Of a DNA stretch of 64,000 nt, positions 30,117-40,659 are shown in pieces. The translations under genes were made by a program, and so were the position numbers. Source of the DNA: an uncultured Coprococcus sp. GTDB taxonomy: Bacteria; Bacillota; Clostridia; Lachnospirales; Lachnospiraceae. The notes beneath the pieces are model-generated. The model ran no database searches and had not been told where the DNA came from. It saw nothing but the letters and a program-made list of their open reading frames with translations. Position 1 is the stretch's first letter. Every line of letters begins with the position of its first letter. Location of the stretch: NCBI GenBank assembly GCA_964488185.1, contig CAZATW010000001.1, forward strand, positions 19,582 through 83,581, written 5' to 3'.

Positions 30117-30145
30117 AAAAAGAGGCAGGTATCACTACCTGCCTC
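30117..30145 (-). terminator. Terminator of the pilus minor-pilin/adhesin operon
   Basis: GAGGCAGGTA-GTGA-TACCTGCCTC followed by TTTTT on the minus strand. Confidence 0.85.
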
Positions 30146-30168
30146 CTAAAATTATGTTTTCATTTGTT

Positions 30169-33100
30169 TTATGCCTGATTCAGTTTTTTCTCAGCTAATG
30201 CATCTATAGCCGGAATAACTTCATCGTTCTGAGTTAATTCAAACAATGGATCAGATGCTTTAATCTTAATCATTGCATAGGCAGGTGTTGTCTTACCTTC
30301 ATAGTAAACTTCTATTACTATGTATGTGTAATTACCACCATACGGCTGGAAGTATGAATCCTGAAGCTTGAGATTAGGATCCGTTCCACTTCTAAGCATA
30401 TCGGTTAGCTCTTTTTCAATCTCACTAATATCCTTTCCACCCTTAGATGTATATGACTTAATCAGAACATGTTCATCATTATCAATATATGACGGTCTGT
30501 TCTTATAACTTGAATCATCATAATCAAGATCATAATAAATATTAACTTTTGTAAGCTTTGTACCCTCAGGTATTGATACCTTCATATCAAATTCAGGAAT
30601 ATCTGTCTTATTGTCAACAGTTGTCTCATATACTGTCTGACCTTCAGCCACTGCTTCCTCATCCTTCTCAAGCTCGTCATCAGAAGTAAACGTACCTGTT
30701 GGCTCGTAAACCTTGATTGACGGTGTAGGAGGTACTGCTAAAGCACTATTTACAATAACATTGATAAACAGCTTTCTTTCATCATTGTTTCTTGTCGTCT
30801 TACCTGTAACTGATGAATGTCCGGCACCACAGTATGTAACTGCTCCGCTTCCGTATGAGGTTGTATAGATAAAGTAACCTTCCATTCCATCATATGGAGA
30901 AGCAGCATACTTGGAGGATCTGGTCTTTGCATCGGATGAATTATTTGAACCTGCAAGTGTATACCAAACGGTAATCTTATCACTTTCAAGATCAAGTGCA
31001 TATGTCTGCTGATGTGTACCTGCTATATTCAGCGATTCACCAATACTATATGGATAAAGTGTAATCAAACCTTCGTTAAGCCTGCTTGCTTTTACCGTCT
31101 CCGAACAAGCTGACTGGTCTGCATTTGCAGCTCCCGACCATGCTGTAGCCTGTGTAAATGATTCCTGTGCATATACATATGGAAGTGCTGTTGATTTACC
31201 GCCCTGATTACCATTATAATATAATGCCGTCATCGCAAGGCCACTGACATATAATGTAACGTCATTGCCCATTTTATTATAACTTGGATTTGTTGCACTT
31301 ACATTGGCATTAAAGCTGTTAATAATACCGCTACCCGCCTTCGTATTAAATGCATATGGTGTCATATAATATAAGCTTTCATCTGATGACTTAAACTCTA
31401 CATCTGTATATGAAGTACCATTATAAATTGGATTACCACCCGGATCAGCTTCTTTCCAAATGTATCCGGAAGTTCCTGCTGATGCAGCTCTTTTCGCAAC
31501 CCAAACTTCTCGACCCTGCTCTACTACATACAATTCCTCACAATTTTTGCTCGGATCATTCCACCAAATCAGGTCATAAACATATCCATCCTCTGCCAAG
31601 GTTCCCTGTACAAGTCCTGCCGGTGTAGCTGAAGTCACACTGCTTGCATAATCATTATTGGAAACCTTATAGCTATTTGCATTATTGGTCAGGTCAACAT
31701 GGAATCTATTCATTCCAACAACATCAAGCAATGACTTGGTAAGATTTACACTACCTGCATCCGCAAACGGTGTCATCGCATCATGGAAGAAGAACAAATC
31801 ACCGCCGGCTGACACATAATCAAGAATATAATTACATGTTGTCTGGTTAAAGTCTACCTTAAAGCCTCCAAATGAATCGGATGGTCCCAAAATCAGAATA
31901 GAATACATCTTCTTCATAAAGTCCTTACCGTAAGACCTTCTGAGATACTTATTGTACTCATCTCTTGCAAGAATTTCCTTATCCTTAACCTTTACATAAT
32001 CTGCATATAAATCTGCAAATTTCTGACCGTACATTGTAGGAATTTTCTTATTATTCCAATCAAATCCTGAGTTGTTACTATAAACAGGCCAGAATAACAG
32101 GTAATACTCATTGGTATCAATTACAAACTGAAGTATTTCTTTCTTCGTAGCATCAGATACACCACCCTTAAATCCACTGAAGAATCCTGAGTAGTTTACT
32201 GTTCCACTATATGTGCCATTCAATGAATCAAGTGCACCCTGAACATATTTCTGAATAGCCGTACGAGCAGGATCCACCTGTGCTGCAGCTGCAGAATATG
32301 CGGTAAGCTTTACAGGTACCTGTGCTGCATACTCAGCCTGAGTCAAACCGTCAACCTTACCACCGGCTTTCAGAGTCTCTGCCTCTGCTACCCAAGTGTC
32401 AAGGCAATCATAAACTGAGTCAACACCATCTTCCGTTTTAAATTTAGCCTGATTTGCTGATGCAACTACCATATCAAGATTAATATCATAATCATCTGCT
32501 ATCTCATCTGCAAGATTTGATAAATAGTCATCATTGCCTTCTCCAATATCATATTCAACAATACCGAATCTGTTTTCATGAAGACCAAGTGTAGCATACT
32601 GCGCAGCTGATACAGTATCAAGCTCAGTCTGATTTGCATAAGTATTATACTTTGCAATCTTATGAGCTGTCTGCGATGTTATATCAAAATATAACGTATC
32701 TGTAGCTGTCCATGATGTAGCACCCTGTCCCTCAGCCATAGTCTGAACCTGAAGAACATTGATTTCACTCTTTGAAACATTATTGTTAATGATTTTACTA
32801 AGACCTGTCTGTTCAGCTACTACTGTCTTTCCGGTAGCATCCTTAATAACAAGATACCATGAAGCAGCGCCGAAGAAATCCTGATCTACATTTAAACTTA
32901 CTGACTTCTCAACACCCGATGATACAATACCACTTGTATTATAATCATCAGAATTAAATGCCGTATTCTTATCCTTATCTACATAAAGCTCATACTTATA
33001 TTTAGAATCTGAACCGGTTACAGTAAATGTAAATGCCAAATTATTTGTCTTAATATATGTACTTGTTATTCCTTGTACATATTTTGTAGGCTTACTTGTG

Positions 33101-36100
33101 ATAGTAAGTCTTGTTCTGGTATTGGAATTGTTGACCAGATTATTAAGTGTATTGCTATAATCATTATTTAAGACTACAGCATATTTTTTAATTACATCAA
33201 TCTCTGAACCTGTAGTATACCAGTCATAACCCTGAGCATCTTCATCAAGATAACTCTTGTTTTCCTTTCGGTAATATGTGTAGTTTGTTTTTCCATACTC
33301 CTCAGACGTATTATCAATCATCTTTGTAGATGCCGGATCAAATCCCCACCAGACATTCGAACCATTTTTTCCTGTATATCTAGAATAGATATCTCCTATC
33401 AGTGTATACATCCTTGATGAAGGGTCAAGATACAGGTTGCCACGTTCAAGCTTACCGTTATTGTACCAGAAGCCCTGAAGCAGCTCCGTCTTTGACAATT
33501 TGTCTCCACTGGCATTTGTTCCCTGCATATTCTCATATACGGAAGAAAGCTCATTGCTTACTATTACCGGTCTGCCTGAACTAATATAATTTACCAATTC
33601 ATCATATTTGGTCTTCGTTAAGTCATTTCCGGCTTCTGCAATATAGGTATCCGTATAATATGTACCGCCAATATAAGGCGATGCCAACAACTTCGTACCT
33701 GTCACGGAACGGTCCATCTTATAGGTGCCTGCACCTTGCATCTTATTTATGAGTCCTGTATGATAGTACATCAAAAACGTAGGTAAACCTAAATAGGTAT
33801 AGCCAAATATGCTGCTGATTTGCAGCTGTCCGCCATACATCTCAGCCGGATTTCTGTCTAACGCACTGATATCACCACCAATATAAACCAAATCATATGT
33901 AGCAGCAATATCTTCCTTCATTCCGATAAGCGCCTCTGTAGAAACCTGCGTCAACTCGATATCACCATAATTAAGACCGTCGATTGCATATGCAATTTTT
34001 GCCTTTGTCAAATCAAACGCATAATATTCTGTCGATGCGGATGGAAGCTCCTCTTTTGCTTTTCCACTTTCAACATCGGACGGAACCGTATAATAATTAC
34101 CGGTTATCTTTGTCTTTCCATCACTCTTTGTTGTCCATGCAGTAGAAACTGATGGAAGGCTGCTCGCAACTTCTTCATCAATTGGATAATCAGGCTGAAT
34201 TTCAAGTACCTTGAACTTATTATCCGAGCCATCACGATATACACCTGCATTAATGATGTCTGCAATAGCCTTTGCAGATGGACTGTTTACAATGATTGTT
34301 GTACTTCCTGAACTACCAGTACTATTACCTGAGCCTTTTCCGTCACCGGCAGCAGAACTTACGATAACATATACGCCCTTTTCTACCGCATCACATAATG
34401 CATCATATGCAGTCTGACCGATCTCAGTAGAATAGCTACCTTTATCAATAAATATAAAATCATATTGTGTAAGATCTAATGGCTCAAAGCCCTGCTTTAA
34501 AGCCACCTGCTCTGTCGAATACACACTATAAAGGCTTTTTACATAATTAAAAACATCTGTGCTATTATCAAATTTCATATACTGATATAAAAAGTTATCC
34601 ATATAGTTATCCGGTTCATCAGTTACTTTATTTGAATAATCCTCATCAGTATTTACAGTAGTATAAAGATAGTTCTGCTGTTCTTCTGTTTCCTCACCAT
34701 TCTCATCAACAGCATTATCGACAACGAAATTATTATCACTTCTGCCGATTTTATAAGCAGTATACTTTTCATCAGAAGAAGATACCAACACAACATCATA
34801 TGTATAATCAGCATTTAATTTTGTAAACTCATACTTATAGGTGCATGTTCCATCTGAATTCTCTTCATAGTATTTACTATCACTATTTAACGCAAACTCA
34901 TAATGTGTTGAATCATCAAGACCAACATAATGATATACACCATTTTCATCCTTCGCTATAAGATATAGTTTCCAACCATCAAGACTGATTGTATTATCAC
35001 TATCTAGGGCCGGAATCACATATATACTTCCTGATATACTAGTTGTTTCTACATCTTTATAGTAGGAAGAAGCTAAACATATATCATCAAATGATGAGCC
35101 TGATGTAATAGCATTCATAAACTTTCCTGAATCTAATAAATAAAGATTAGCACCACTAGGAACATACGTTGCGCCATCATCATACATTAGTTCCGTGAGG
35201 ACACTATTTGATGCAGTATTAACAGCTTCCCATTTATTATTTTTATTATTAAATGAATAATCTGAAGCGGAAAACAATTCATTACTATTCATACTGCTCA
35301 TTGTATTAAACATTGCACTTGTTGTACCTTCAGAAATAATAAGGATATTGGCATTATCAAACTCCCATTCCTTTCTATCTCCTGTAATACCTTCTGCACT
35401 ACCTACCTTAGCATAATATGAATCTTCTGTTTCGCTAGTAACATTTTTATTCAAAAAGTCCTGAATAGACATGTCGTCATACCATTTATAATATGTATTA
35501 CGCTGTATGTATTCTTTTCCACCTTGATTTACGCCACGCTCAGCAGTAAGTATAAAGTCTGATATCGTCTTTGTCGTGTCAGGCATATCAGGAGTTTTTG
35601 TTCCTTGTTCTGCTTCTTCATAAAGGGTTTTAAAGAAATCCTCTTCTGTAACCAAGACATTGTCATATCTCGCCATCAGATTTTTTGTAATAAGCTTATA
35701 TGCCAGAGCACCCATTCGATAGGTATCATTATTACCTGAAATCGTAGTCGGGTCATCTGTACATAACGCTTTTCTACATATTGCGATTGGATGTCTGTCT
35801 GTAGTAGCATAAACATCCAACCAATTATATAACTCTTCACTAAGGTCTGCTCCGGACGCACCATAGTCCAATGAATTTGATGAAAAAATATAAATCATAT
35901 CAGCTCTGCCCAAAATCTCCTGAGCTGAAGTATTCATTGAATTAAGCTCACTTACCGTAACAGATGTAAGCTGTACAGCTCCCTCTGCCATTTCGGCATT
36001 TGTTATCGTCTTATATCCATTAAATACTGCTAATCTGAAATATTCATCACCATATATATATCTCCAAAGATATGATGTATTGCCCCAGTCACTTTCTGAT

Positions 36101-36426
36101 GTAACCTTTCCACTATAGTTAGCTGCTGTAACCTTTGCAGTAAGTGCTGTATCTGTTGCAGCTACTGATGACAATCCATCAGGAAGAATCTGTACTACGC
36201 GAAACTTATCGTCTCCTGTCGCTTTAAGACCTGCGTCATTAGAATTAATGACTGCAAGATCTATATTTGAATATCCGGTCAAGCTAGAACCAGAACTCGA
36301 ACCAGCATTCCCATTTGCTGTAGGAGAGCCTGAATTAGCCAAAGTGAAATTTACAAAAATAGAGCAAACTACAAGTGTAAATACAATAGCTATTGATGAT
36401 AAAATAACCTTTTTATTCTTAAACAC
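30169..36426 (-). CDS. 2085-aa secreted protein of the type IV pilus locus (DUF5057-like; putative PilY1-equivalent tip adhesin)
   Basis: N-terminal signal/TM, GTG start with GGAGGG RBS, 'FKVLEIQP' motif that I recall from DUF5057 proteins (not HMM-verified). Last gene of the minor pilin operon. Confidence 0.7.
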   Translation of the reverse strand: MFKNKKVILSSIAIVFTLVVCSIFVNFTLANSGSPTANGNAGSSSGSSLTGYSNIDLAVINSNDAGLKATGDDKFRVVQILPDGLSSVAATDTALTAKVTAANYSGKVTSESDWGNTSYLWRYIYGDEYFRLAVFNGYKTITNAEMAEGAVQLTSVTVSELNSMNTSAQEILGRADMIYIFSSNSLDYGASGADLSEELYNWLDVYATTDRHPIAICRKALCTDDPTTISGNNDTYRMGALAYKLITKNLMARYDNVLVTEEDFFKTLYEEAEQGTKTPDMPDTTKTISDFILTAERGVNQGGKEYIQRNTYYKWYDDMSIQDFLNKNVTSETEDSYYAKVGSAEGITGDRKEWEFDNANILIISEGTTSAMFNTMSSMNSNELFSASDYSFNNKNNKWEAVNTASNSVLTELMYDDGATYVPSGANLYLLDSGKFMNAITSGSSFDDICLASSYYKDVETTSISGSIYVIPALDSDNTISLDGWKLYLIAKDENGVYHYVGLDDSTHYEFALNSDSKYYEENSDGTCTYKYEFTKLNADYTYDVVLVSSSDEKYTAYKIGRSDNNFVVDNAVDENGEETEEQQNYLYTTVNTDEDYSNKVTDEPDNYMDNFLYQYMKFDNSTDVFNYVKSLYSVYSTEQVALKQGFEPLDLTQYDFIFIDKGSYSTEIGQTAYDALCDAVEKGVYVIVSSAAGDGKGSGNSTGSSGSTTIIVNSPSAKAIADIINAGVYRDGSDNKFKVLEIQPDYPIDEEVASSLPSVSTAWTTKSDGKTKITGNYYTVPSDVESGKAKEELPSASTEYYAFDLTKAKIAYAIDGLNYGDIELTQVSTEALIGMKEDIAATYDLVYIGGDISALDRNPAEMYGGQLQISSIFGYTYLGLPTFLMYYHTGLINKMQGAGTYKMDRSVTGTKLLASPYIGGTYYTDTYIAEAGNDLTKTKYDELVNYISSGRPVIVSNELSSVYENMQGTNASGDKLSKTELLQGFWYNNGKLERGNLYLDPSSRMYTLIGDIYSRYTGKNGSNVWWGFDPASTKMIDNTSEEYGKTNYTYYRKENKSYLDEDAQGYDWYTTGSEIDVIKKYAVVLNNDYSNTLNNLVNNSNTRTRLTITSKPTKYVQGITSTYIKTNNLAFTFTVTGSDSKYKYELYVDKDKNTAFNSDDYNTSGIVSSGVEKSVSLNVDQDFFGAASWYLVIKDATGKTVVAEQTGLSKIINNNVSKSEINVLQVQTMAEGQGATSWTATDTLYFDITSQTAHKIAKYNTYANQTELDTVSAAQYATLGLHENRFGIVEYDIGEGNDDYLSNLADEIADDYDINLDMVVASANQAKFKTEDGVDSVYDCLDTWVAEAETLKAGGKVDGLTQAEYAAQVPVKLTAYSAAAAQVDPARTAIQKYVQGALDSLNGTYSGTVNYSGFFSGFKGGVSDATKKEILQFVIDTNEYYLLFWPVYSNNSGFDWNNKKIPTMYGQKFADLYADYVKVKDKEILARDEYNKYLRRSYGKDFMKKMYSILILGPSDSFGGFKVDFNQTTCNYILDYVSAGGDLFFFHDAMTPFADAGSVNLTKSLLDVVGMNRFHVDLTNNANSYKVSNNDYASSVTSATPAGLVQGTLAEDGYVYDLIWWNDPSKNCEELYVVEQGREVWVAKRAASAGTSGYIWKEADPGGNPIYNGTSYTDVEFKSSDESLYYMTPYAFNTKAGSGIINSFNANVSATNPSYNKMGNDVTLYVSGLAMTALYYNGNQGGKSTALPYVYAQESFTQATAWSGAANADQSACSETVKASRLNEGLITLYPYSIGESLNIAGTHQQTYALDLESDKITVWYTLAGSNNSSDAKTRSSKYAASPYDGMEGYFIYTTSYGSGAVTYCGAGHSSVTGKTTRNNDERKLFINVIVNSALAVPPTPSIKVYEPTGTFTSDDELEKDEEAVAEGQTVYETTVDNKTDIPEFDMKVSIPEGTKLTKVNIYYDLDYDDSSYKNRPSYIDNDEHVLIKSYTSKGGKDISEIEKELTDMLRSGTDPNLKLQDSYFQPYGGNYTYIVIEVYYEGKTTPAYAMIKIKASDPLFELTQNDEVIPAIDALAEKKLNQA

Positions 36427-36444
36427 CAGTCTGTCCCTCCTTCA

Positions 36445-37305
36445 TTAATTCCATTCATGACTCTTAAGTACGAATGAATTTCTAAGACTCACTACCCCAT
36501 TTATATCATATGATGTACCTGCTTTAGGGTCGCTAAATTCCATAATAATTGCAAAAGTTCCTGTCTCAGGATTTACCTGTAATTGGAATTTGTCTACATT
36601 CTTACATAGGATATTTCCTTCTTCTGAACTATAATCCAAATAATATCTGGAATATTGTTCATTGAATGACACCTCATCTGATGAATATCTATATACATAT
36701 ATATTTCTGTCAGTTTCATCATACTTCAATGTGCAGTAGGTATAAATATTATCCTTCGTTGTTTCATCTATACCCGAAGCATATTTCATTGAAATATACT
36801 TTACGTCTATACACGTCTGTTCATCTGATGATGGTGTAGATGACTCCAAAAACGGTTTGATATCTGCAATATCATAACATTCCGACACATCTGGAACTGA
36901 ACCCGGGCCGGCAGCGCTCTGCTCTCTTTTTACAAGACTGCCTTTTTTCACAAGAACACCGTCTCCATCTTTCATATCCTCAATTCCTGTTCCGTCATAG
37001 CTTCCCGGAATAACAAAGTTTGCATCTTTTTTACTGTATGACGTTACTCCGGATGTAGTCACGCCTACCCATGCCTGACCCCGTATTCTTACATCAGTTG
37101 CACCCATCAGCATATCTGCTATCGCATCATACGTTTCTGTTGCCTGAGTCTGTAATTTTTTTCTTGATTTTACCTTACTATTGGAGGCCACCGTTGAACC
37201 TATCAGTGTCACCACAGCTACCATAAAAATACTTAAGATACCTATGTAAAGGATAAGCTCAATGAATGTGAAACCCCTGTTATCAGATTTTTTCAACATC
37301 CACAC
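36445..37305 (-). CDS. Minor pilin (PilW-like), class III signal peptide
   Basis: 'DNRG|FTFIELILYIGILSIFMVAV' with G|F cleavage and E5. Confidence 0.85.
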   Translation of the reverse strand: MWMLKKSDNRGFTFIELILYIGILSIFMVAVVTLIGSTVASNSKVKSRKKLQTQATETYDAIADMLMGATDVRIRGQAWVGVTTSGVTSYSKKDANFVIPGSYDGTGIEDMKDGDGVLVKKGSLVKREQSAAGPGSVPDVSECYDIADIKPFLESSTPSSDEQTCIDVKYISMKYASGIDETTKDNIYTYCTLKYDETDRNIYVYRYSSDEVSFNEQYSRYYLDYSSEEGNILCKNVDKFQLQVNPETGTFAIIMEFSDPKAGTSYDINGVVSLRNSFVLKSHEWN

Positions 37306-37308
37306 CTC

Positions 37309-37821
37309 CTATTTACCAAAGTAATGGCTTCCAGTAGATTCGTTAAGTGTAACTCTTCCAACAGCACCAGAACCACTCTTTCGGAACTCATATACTCCTG
37401 CTCCACTAACTACTGAACCATCCGCTTTTTTTAATTTGATTATCTGATTTCCTTCAAGCTTTATTGCACTCGTTTCACCCGTCTTGGTATAGTAAATATC
37501 TACTCTATCCATTTTGAGTTCTGCTGATGTTGAAGTCTGTGTCCATTTAGTCTCTGTTCCGTCAGAGCTTGTGCCAAAATAGACTTCATAACCATCGTCT
37601 ACTCTTTTTATCATCATTGCAGTATCTGCATCCTGTGCTCTCGTCCTAGTCGATAATACTGAAATTGTCGTATCAAAATTCTCTAATGCCGCACTAGCCT
37701 TTGCAGAGTTTATAGAGCTTATTGTCAACATCGCTATACCCGAAAGGATTGCAATAATTGCTATTACTATAATCAGTTCTACCAGGGAGTATCCATTATC
37801 ATTTTTTAATCTTTTTTTCAT
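37309..37821 (-). CDS. Minor pilin (FimU/PilH-like)
   Basis: 'NDNG|YSLVELIIVIAIIAILSGIA' with E5. Tyr rather than Phe at +1. Confidence 0.85.
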   Translation of the reverse strand: MKKRLKNDNGYSLVELIIVIAIIAILSGIAMLTISSINSAKASAALENFDTTISVLSTRTRAQDADTAMMIKRVDDGYEVYFGTSSDGTETKWTQTSTSAELKMDRVDIYYTKTGETSAIKLEGNQIIKLKKADGSVVSGAGVYEFRKSGSGAVGRVTLNESTGSHYFGK

Positions 37822-37833
37822 GCTCTATCCTCC

Positions 37834-40659
37834 CTATTCCACATTCTTCTTCCAATTTTCAAAAGCAAGAATGTCCTGATAAGAGATATCCGAAATAGAT
37901 GCTCCTGTAACTGATGAGCTGCTTCCCTCTGTCGATGCCTTATACTGGAGTAATATCTCTTTTGTTATAAGATTAACATCCTCATCTGTGCTCTCTGCAC
38001 ATGACTGCAACAGATTTGCAACATATGTCGCATCGGCTGATAGCGATATATCATAATTGCACTTAAGCTTAGAACCAGTTATAATTAGCCCCCTAAAGGA
38101 TTTTACAGATTTATCAAACGTAACATTTCCTGTAGCTATAATAATACCCTGAAGCTCTCCTTCTTCATTACTTGCACTAAGTGTTACGTCTCCTTTATTA
38201 ATAATTACTTTGCTATCACCAACGTCCGCATCAATGCTGACATTATGAGTGAATATATATGGGTAATTTACATAATTATGAAGTGGCGTAATACTATAAT
38301 CATATGAATAACTGTCATTATTCTTATTATAGTTATATGTATATTTTCCGCCACTCTGCTCTGTATATCCTGCAATTTCCCATGCAGAAATATTAAGCTT
38401 TGTCGCTTCATCAATCTTATCTGTTACGTCAAGATGATCCTTCATATTGATATACATATAAGTAAGGAAATTACTGATACGCTGCTCTGATGTATATGCA
38501 GTTCTGTTACTTGTGCTGTTCAGATTTGGATTGGTTGCCAATTCAGCAGATGCATCTTTCAAAGCTTCATATGTAAGATTATTTGCTCCCTGACTCTTAT
38601 TTCCAAGCAACATTGTAAATGTCTTTGATGCAGAAGCATTTTTTAGTGCCGTCTCAACATTTAGTGTCGTATCCGCAGAAGACTTATAGAACAATGAATC
38701 ATCTGCCTTCTGATATGTTACTGCCCCATTTGCATTTACTAGGCTTGTGTCTATATCCACATTTCCGGAAGACGGCAGAACAAGCTTTACCTCAAACTCT
38801 TCATAATTTGCTACATTATAAAGCTTTCCGGTAATTGCGTCTCCATATCCGCTGTTAAACATATCATAATACTTCTCGGCAAACTCTTCTGCGTTACTAA
38901 TGCCATCGTCATCATCATCACCTGCAGCAATATACAGATAATAATAGTCATGACCTGATACAGTCTGTTTAATCGCTGTTAGCTGATCACTTGAATCAAG
39001 GAAATCCTGATAAAGACTTCTCATCGTTGTATCAGCAGCAAATGTAGCAGGGAACCTCAGCTTAATCGTTGTAATTCCCGTATCAGCATCTGTATTTTCA
39101 CTGTTCGCAACAGGCTCCCACTGTGTAAGGAAAATTAACTGGTTAGATTTTACATCAAGTGACTGACCTGTCGAATAATCTTTCAGGGATGTAAATGCAA
39201 AATCCGCATTTTCATCTACCGTTATGCTTGTATCAGCAGGATTTACAGTTGATGCCGCTAACTTTGAAAACTCAATATATGACTTGCCTGCAATATAAAG
39301 TGAATCAAGGTTTTTTAAATTGAGTGTCGAGCCTTTACCGTTTACGATAACGGCACTGTCACTAAAGTGTGACTTAAGCTCATAGCCTGTTGCCAAATAA
39401 CCGGCTGTACGAAGAAGATTAACACTTCTTATATCATCTGCCGTATAGCTGTAACCAAAATATCTTCCTTTTGTAAATATCAGACTGGACTGTTCCGCAT
39501 TAAGCTCTGTATCATCATAAATATATGCGTTTGCCGCTGCGGTAATATTACCGCCCTTCGTACCCGCTATAATAATATTGTCTGCCCAAAGCTCTGACAA
39601 AAGTGAAGAACGACCAGAAAGACTTATTTCCGAGCCATTAAATGCAGAAAGTGCTCCCGGACAAACAATTATATCAGAAAGCATGGTAAGTCTTGCATTT
39701 TCACCATCAACATAAATTCCTGAATATACACTACTGTTTGTAGAGCCCCATGTGGTAGTCTTCTTCTTGTCATACTCCTCAGTAACCTTTGTGCTCGCCT
39801 TAGCATTATAGTCTTTATTATAATAATCGGAGGCTGCATAAATGTTACCTTTGATAGTTACATCCGTTCCCGTTGTAGCATCAATAACCTCTATACCCAT
39901 ATCTGCAAGTATTGCATAATTATATAGGCTATCCGATGCCGCATTAGCCATGTCAAATGAAACATTATATTCAGGCTCGACAAGAACAAGATCCGTTGTT
40001 ATAGACTGTTCATATGTTCCATAGGTTGCTCCTGCATCCGTCGGATCCATATTAATACTTCTCTTTACGCTTATATTCTTGAATGTTATTTTATTAACTG
40101 AGTCAAAATCAAAGCCGCTTTCCTTTATATCAGGTGCTATTTTATCATTTGCATAGAAGCCTCTCTTTAGTGTTTTTCCATTAGTGTCATGGAATACAAT
40201 CTGCAAATTAGTAGCATCCAAAGTTACGTTGTCATCCGATATAAACGACATCAAAGTACTCTTTAGCTTTCCTATATTCGTATAATTTTCATCTGAAATA
40301 ATACCCCTTATAAATAGTTTCTTAAACAATTTATTTGCTTCATCATTATCCAGATTCTTATACTCTTTGTTTTCATCATCATAAACAACAACTAATTCTG
40401 CCGTTGTTGTATATGCCTGATATAAGTACTCATTTGTAGTAGCACCTATACCTGCATATATTTCATCCATAGCCTTCTCAACACTATAAAAGTTATTCAA
40501 GGAATTCACTTTATAAAACTTTAGCTTATATGCCATCATTGCGCCAAGCAATAATGCTGAAACTAATATGCTCAGAAAGGTTGTAGAAACAATAACGAGA
40601 ACAAAGCTAGAACCATGATTATTCATTTTGCGAAGTCTATGTTTTATCTTCTTAATCAT
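37834..40659 (-). CDS. Giant (941 aa) PilX/GspK-like minor pilin
   Basis: 'NNHG|SSFVLVIVSTTFLSILV' lacks E5, as PilX/K-class pilins do. 'NFYSVEKAMDEI' follows the TM. Confidence 0.75.
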   Translation of the reverse strand: MIKKIKHRLRKMNNHGSSFVLVIVSTTFLSILVSALLLGAMMAYKLKFYKVNSLNNFYSVEKAMDEIYAGIGATTNEYLYQAYTTTAELVVVYDDENKEYKNLDNDEANKLFKKLFIRGIISDENYTNIGKLKSTLMSFISDDNVTLDATNLQIVFHDTNGKTLKRGFYANDKIAPDIKESGFDFDSVNKITFKNISVKRSINMDPTDAGATYGTYEQSITTDLVLVEPEYNVSFDMANAASDSLYNYAILADMGIEVIDATTGTDVTIKGNIYAASDYYNKDYNAKASTKVTEEYDKKKTTTWGSTNSSVYSGIYVDGENARLTMLSDIIVCPGALSAFNGSEISLSGRSSLLSELWADNIIIAGTKGGNITAAANAYIYDDTELNAEQSSLIFTKGRYFGYSYTADDIRSVNLLRTAGYLATGYELKSHFSDSAVIVNGKGSTLNLKNLDSLYIAGKSYIEFSKLAASTVNPADTSITVDENADFAFTSLKDYSTGQSLDVKSNQLIFLTQWEPVANSENTDADTGITTIKLRFPATFAADTTMRSLYQDFLDSSDQLTAIKQTVSGHDYYYLYIAAGDDDDDGISNAEEFAEKYYDMFNSGYGDAITGKLYNVANYEEFEVKLVLPSSGNVDIDTSLVNANGAVTYQKADDSLFYKSSADTTLNVETALKNASASKTFTMLLGNKSQGANNLTYEALKDASAELATNPNLNSTSNRTAYTSEQRISNFLTYMYINMKDHLDVTDKIDEATKLNISAWEIAGYTEQSGGKYTYNYNKNNDSYSYDYSITPLHNYVNYPYIFTHNVSIDADVGDSKVIINKGDVTLSASNEEGELQGIIIATGNVTFDKSVKSFRGLIITGSKLKCNYDISLSADATYVANLLQSCAESTDEDVNLITKEILLQYKASTEGSSSSVTGASISDISYQDILAFENWKKNVE

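Noticed and set aside
29779-30149. Three short plus-strand ORFs with internally repeated peptides
   Set aside because: They are by-products of the 59-bp tandem repeat read in all frames, overlap the aroE start, and have no RBS.
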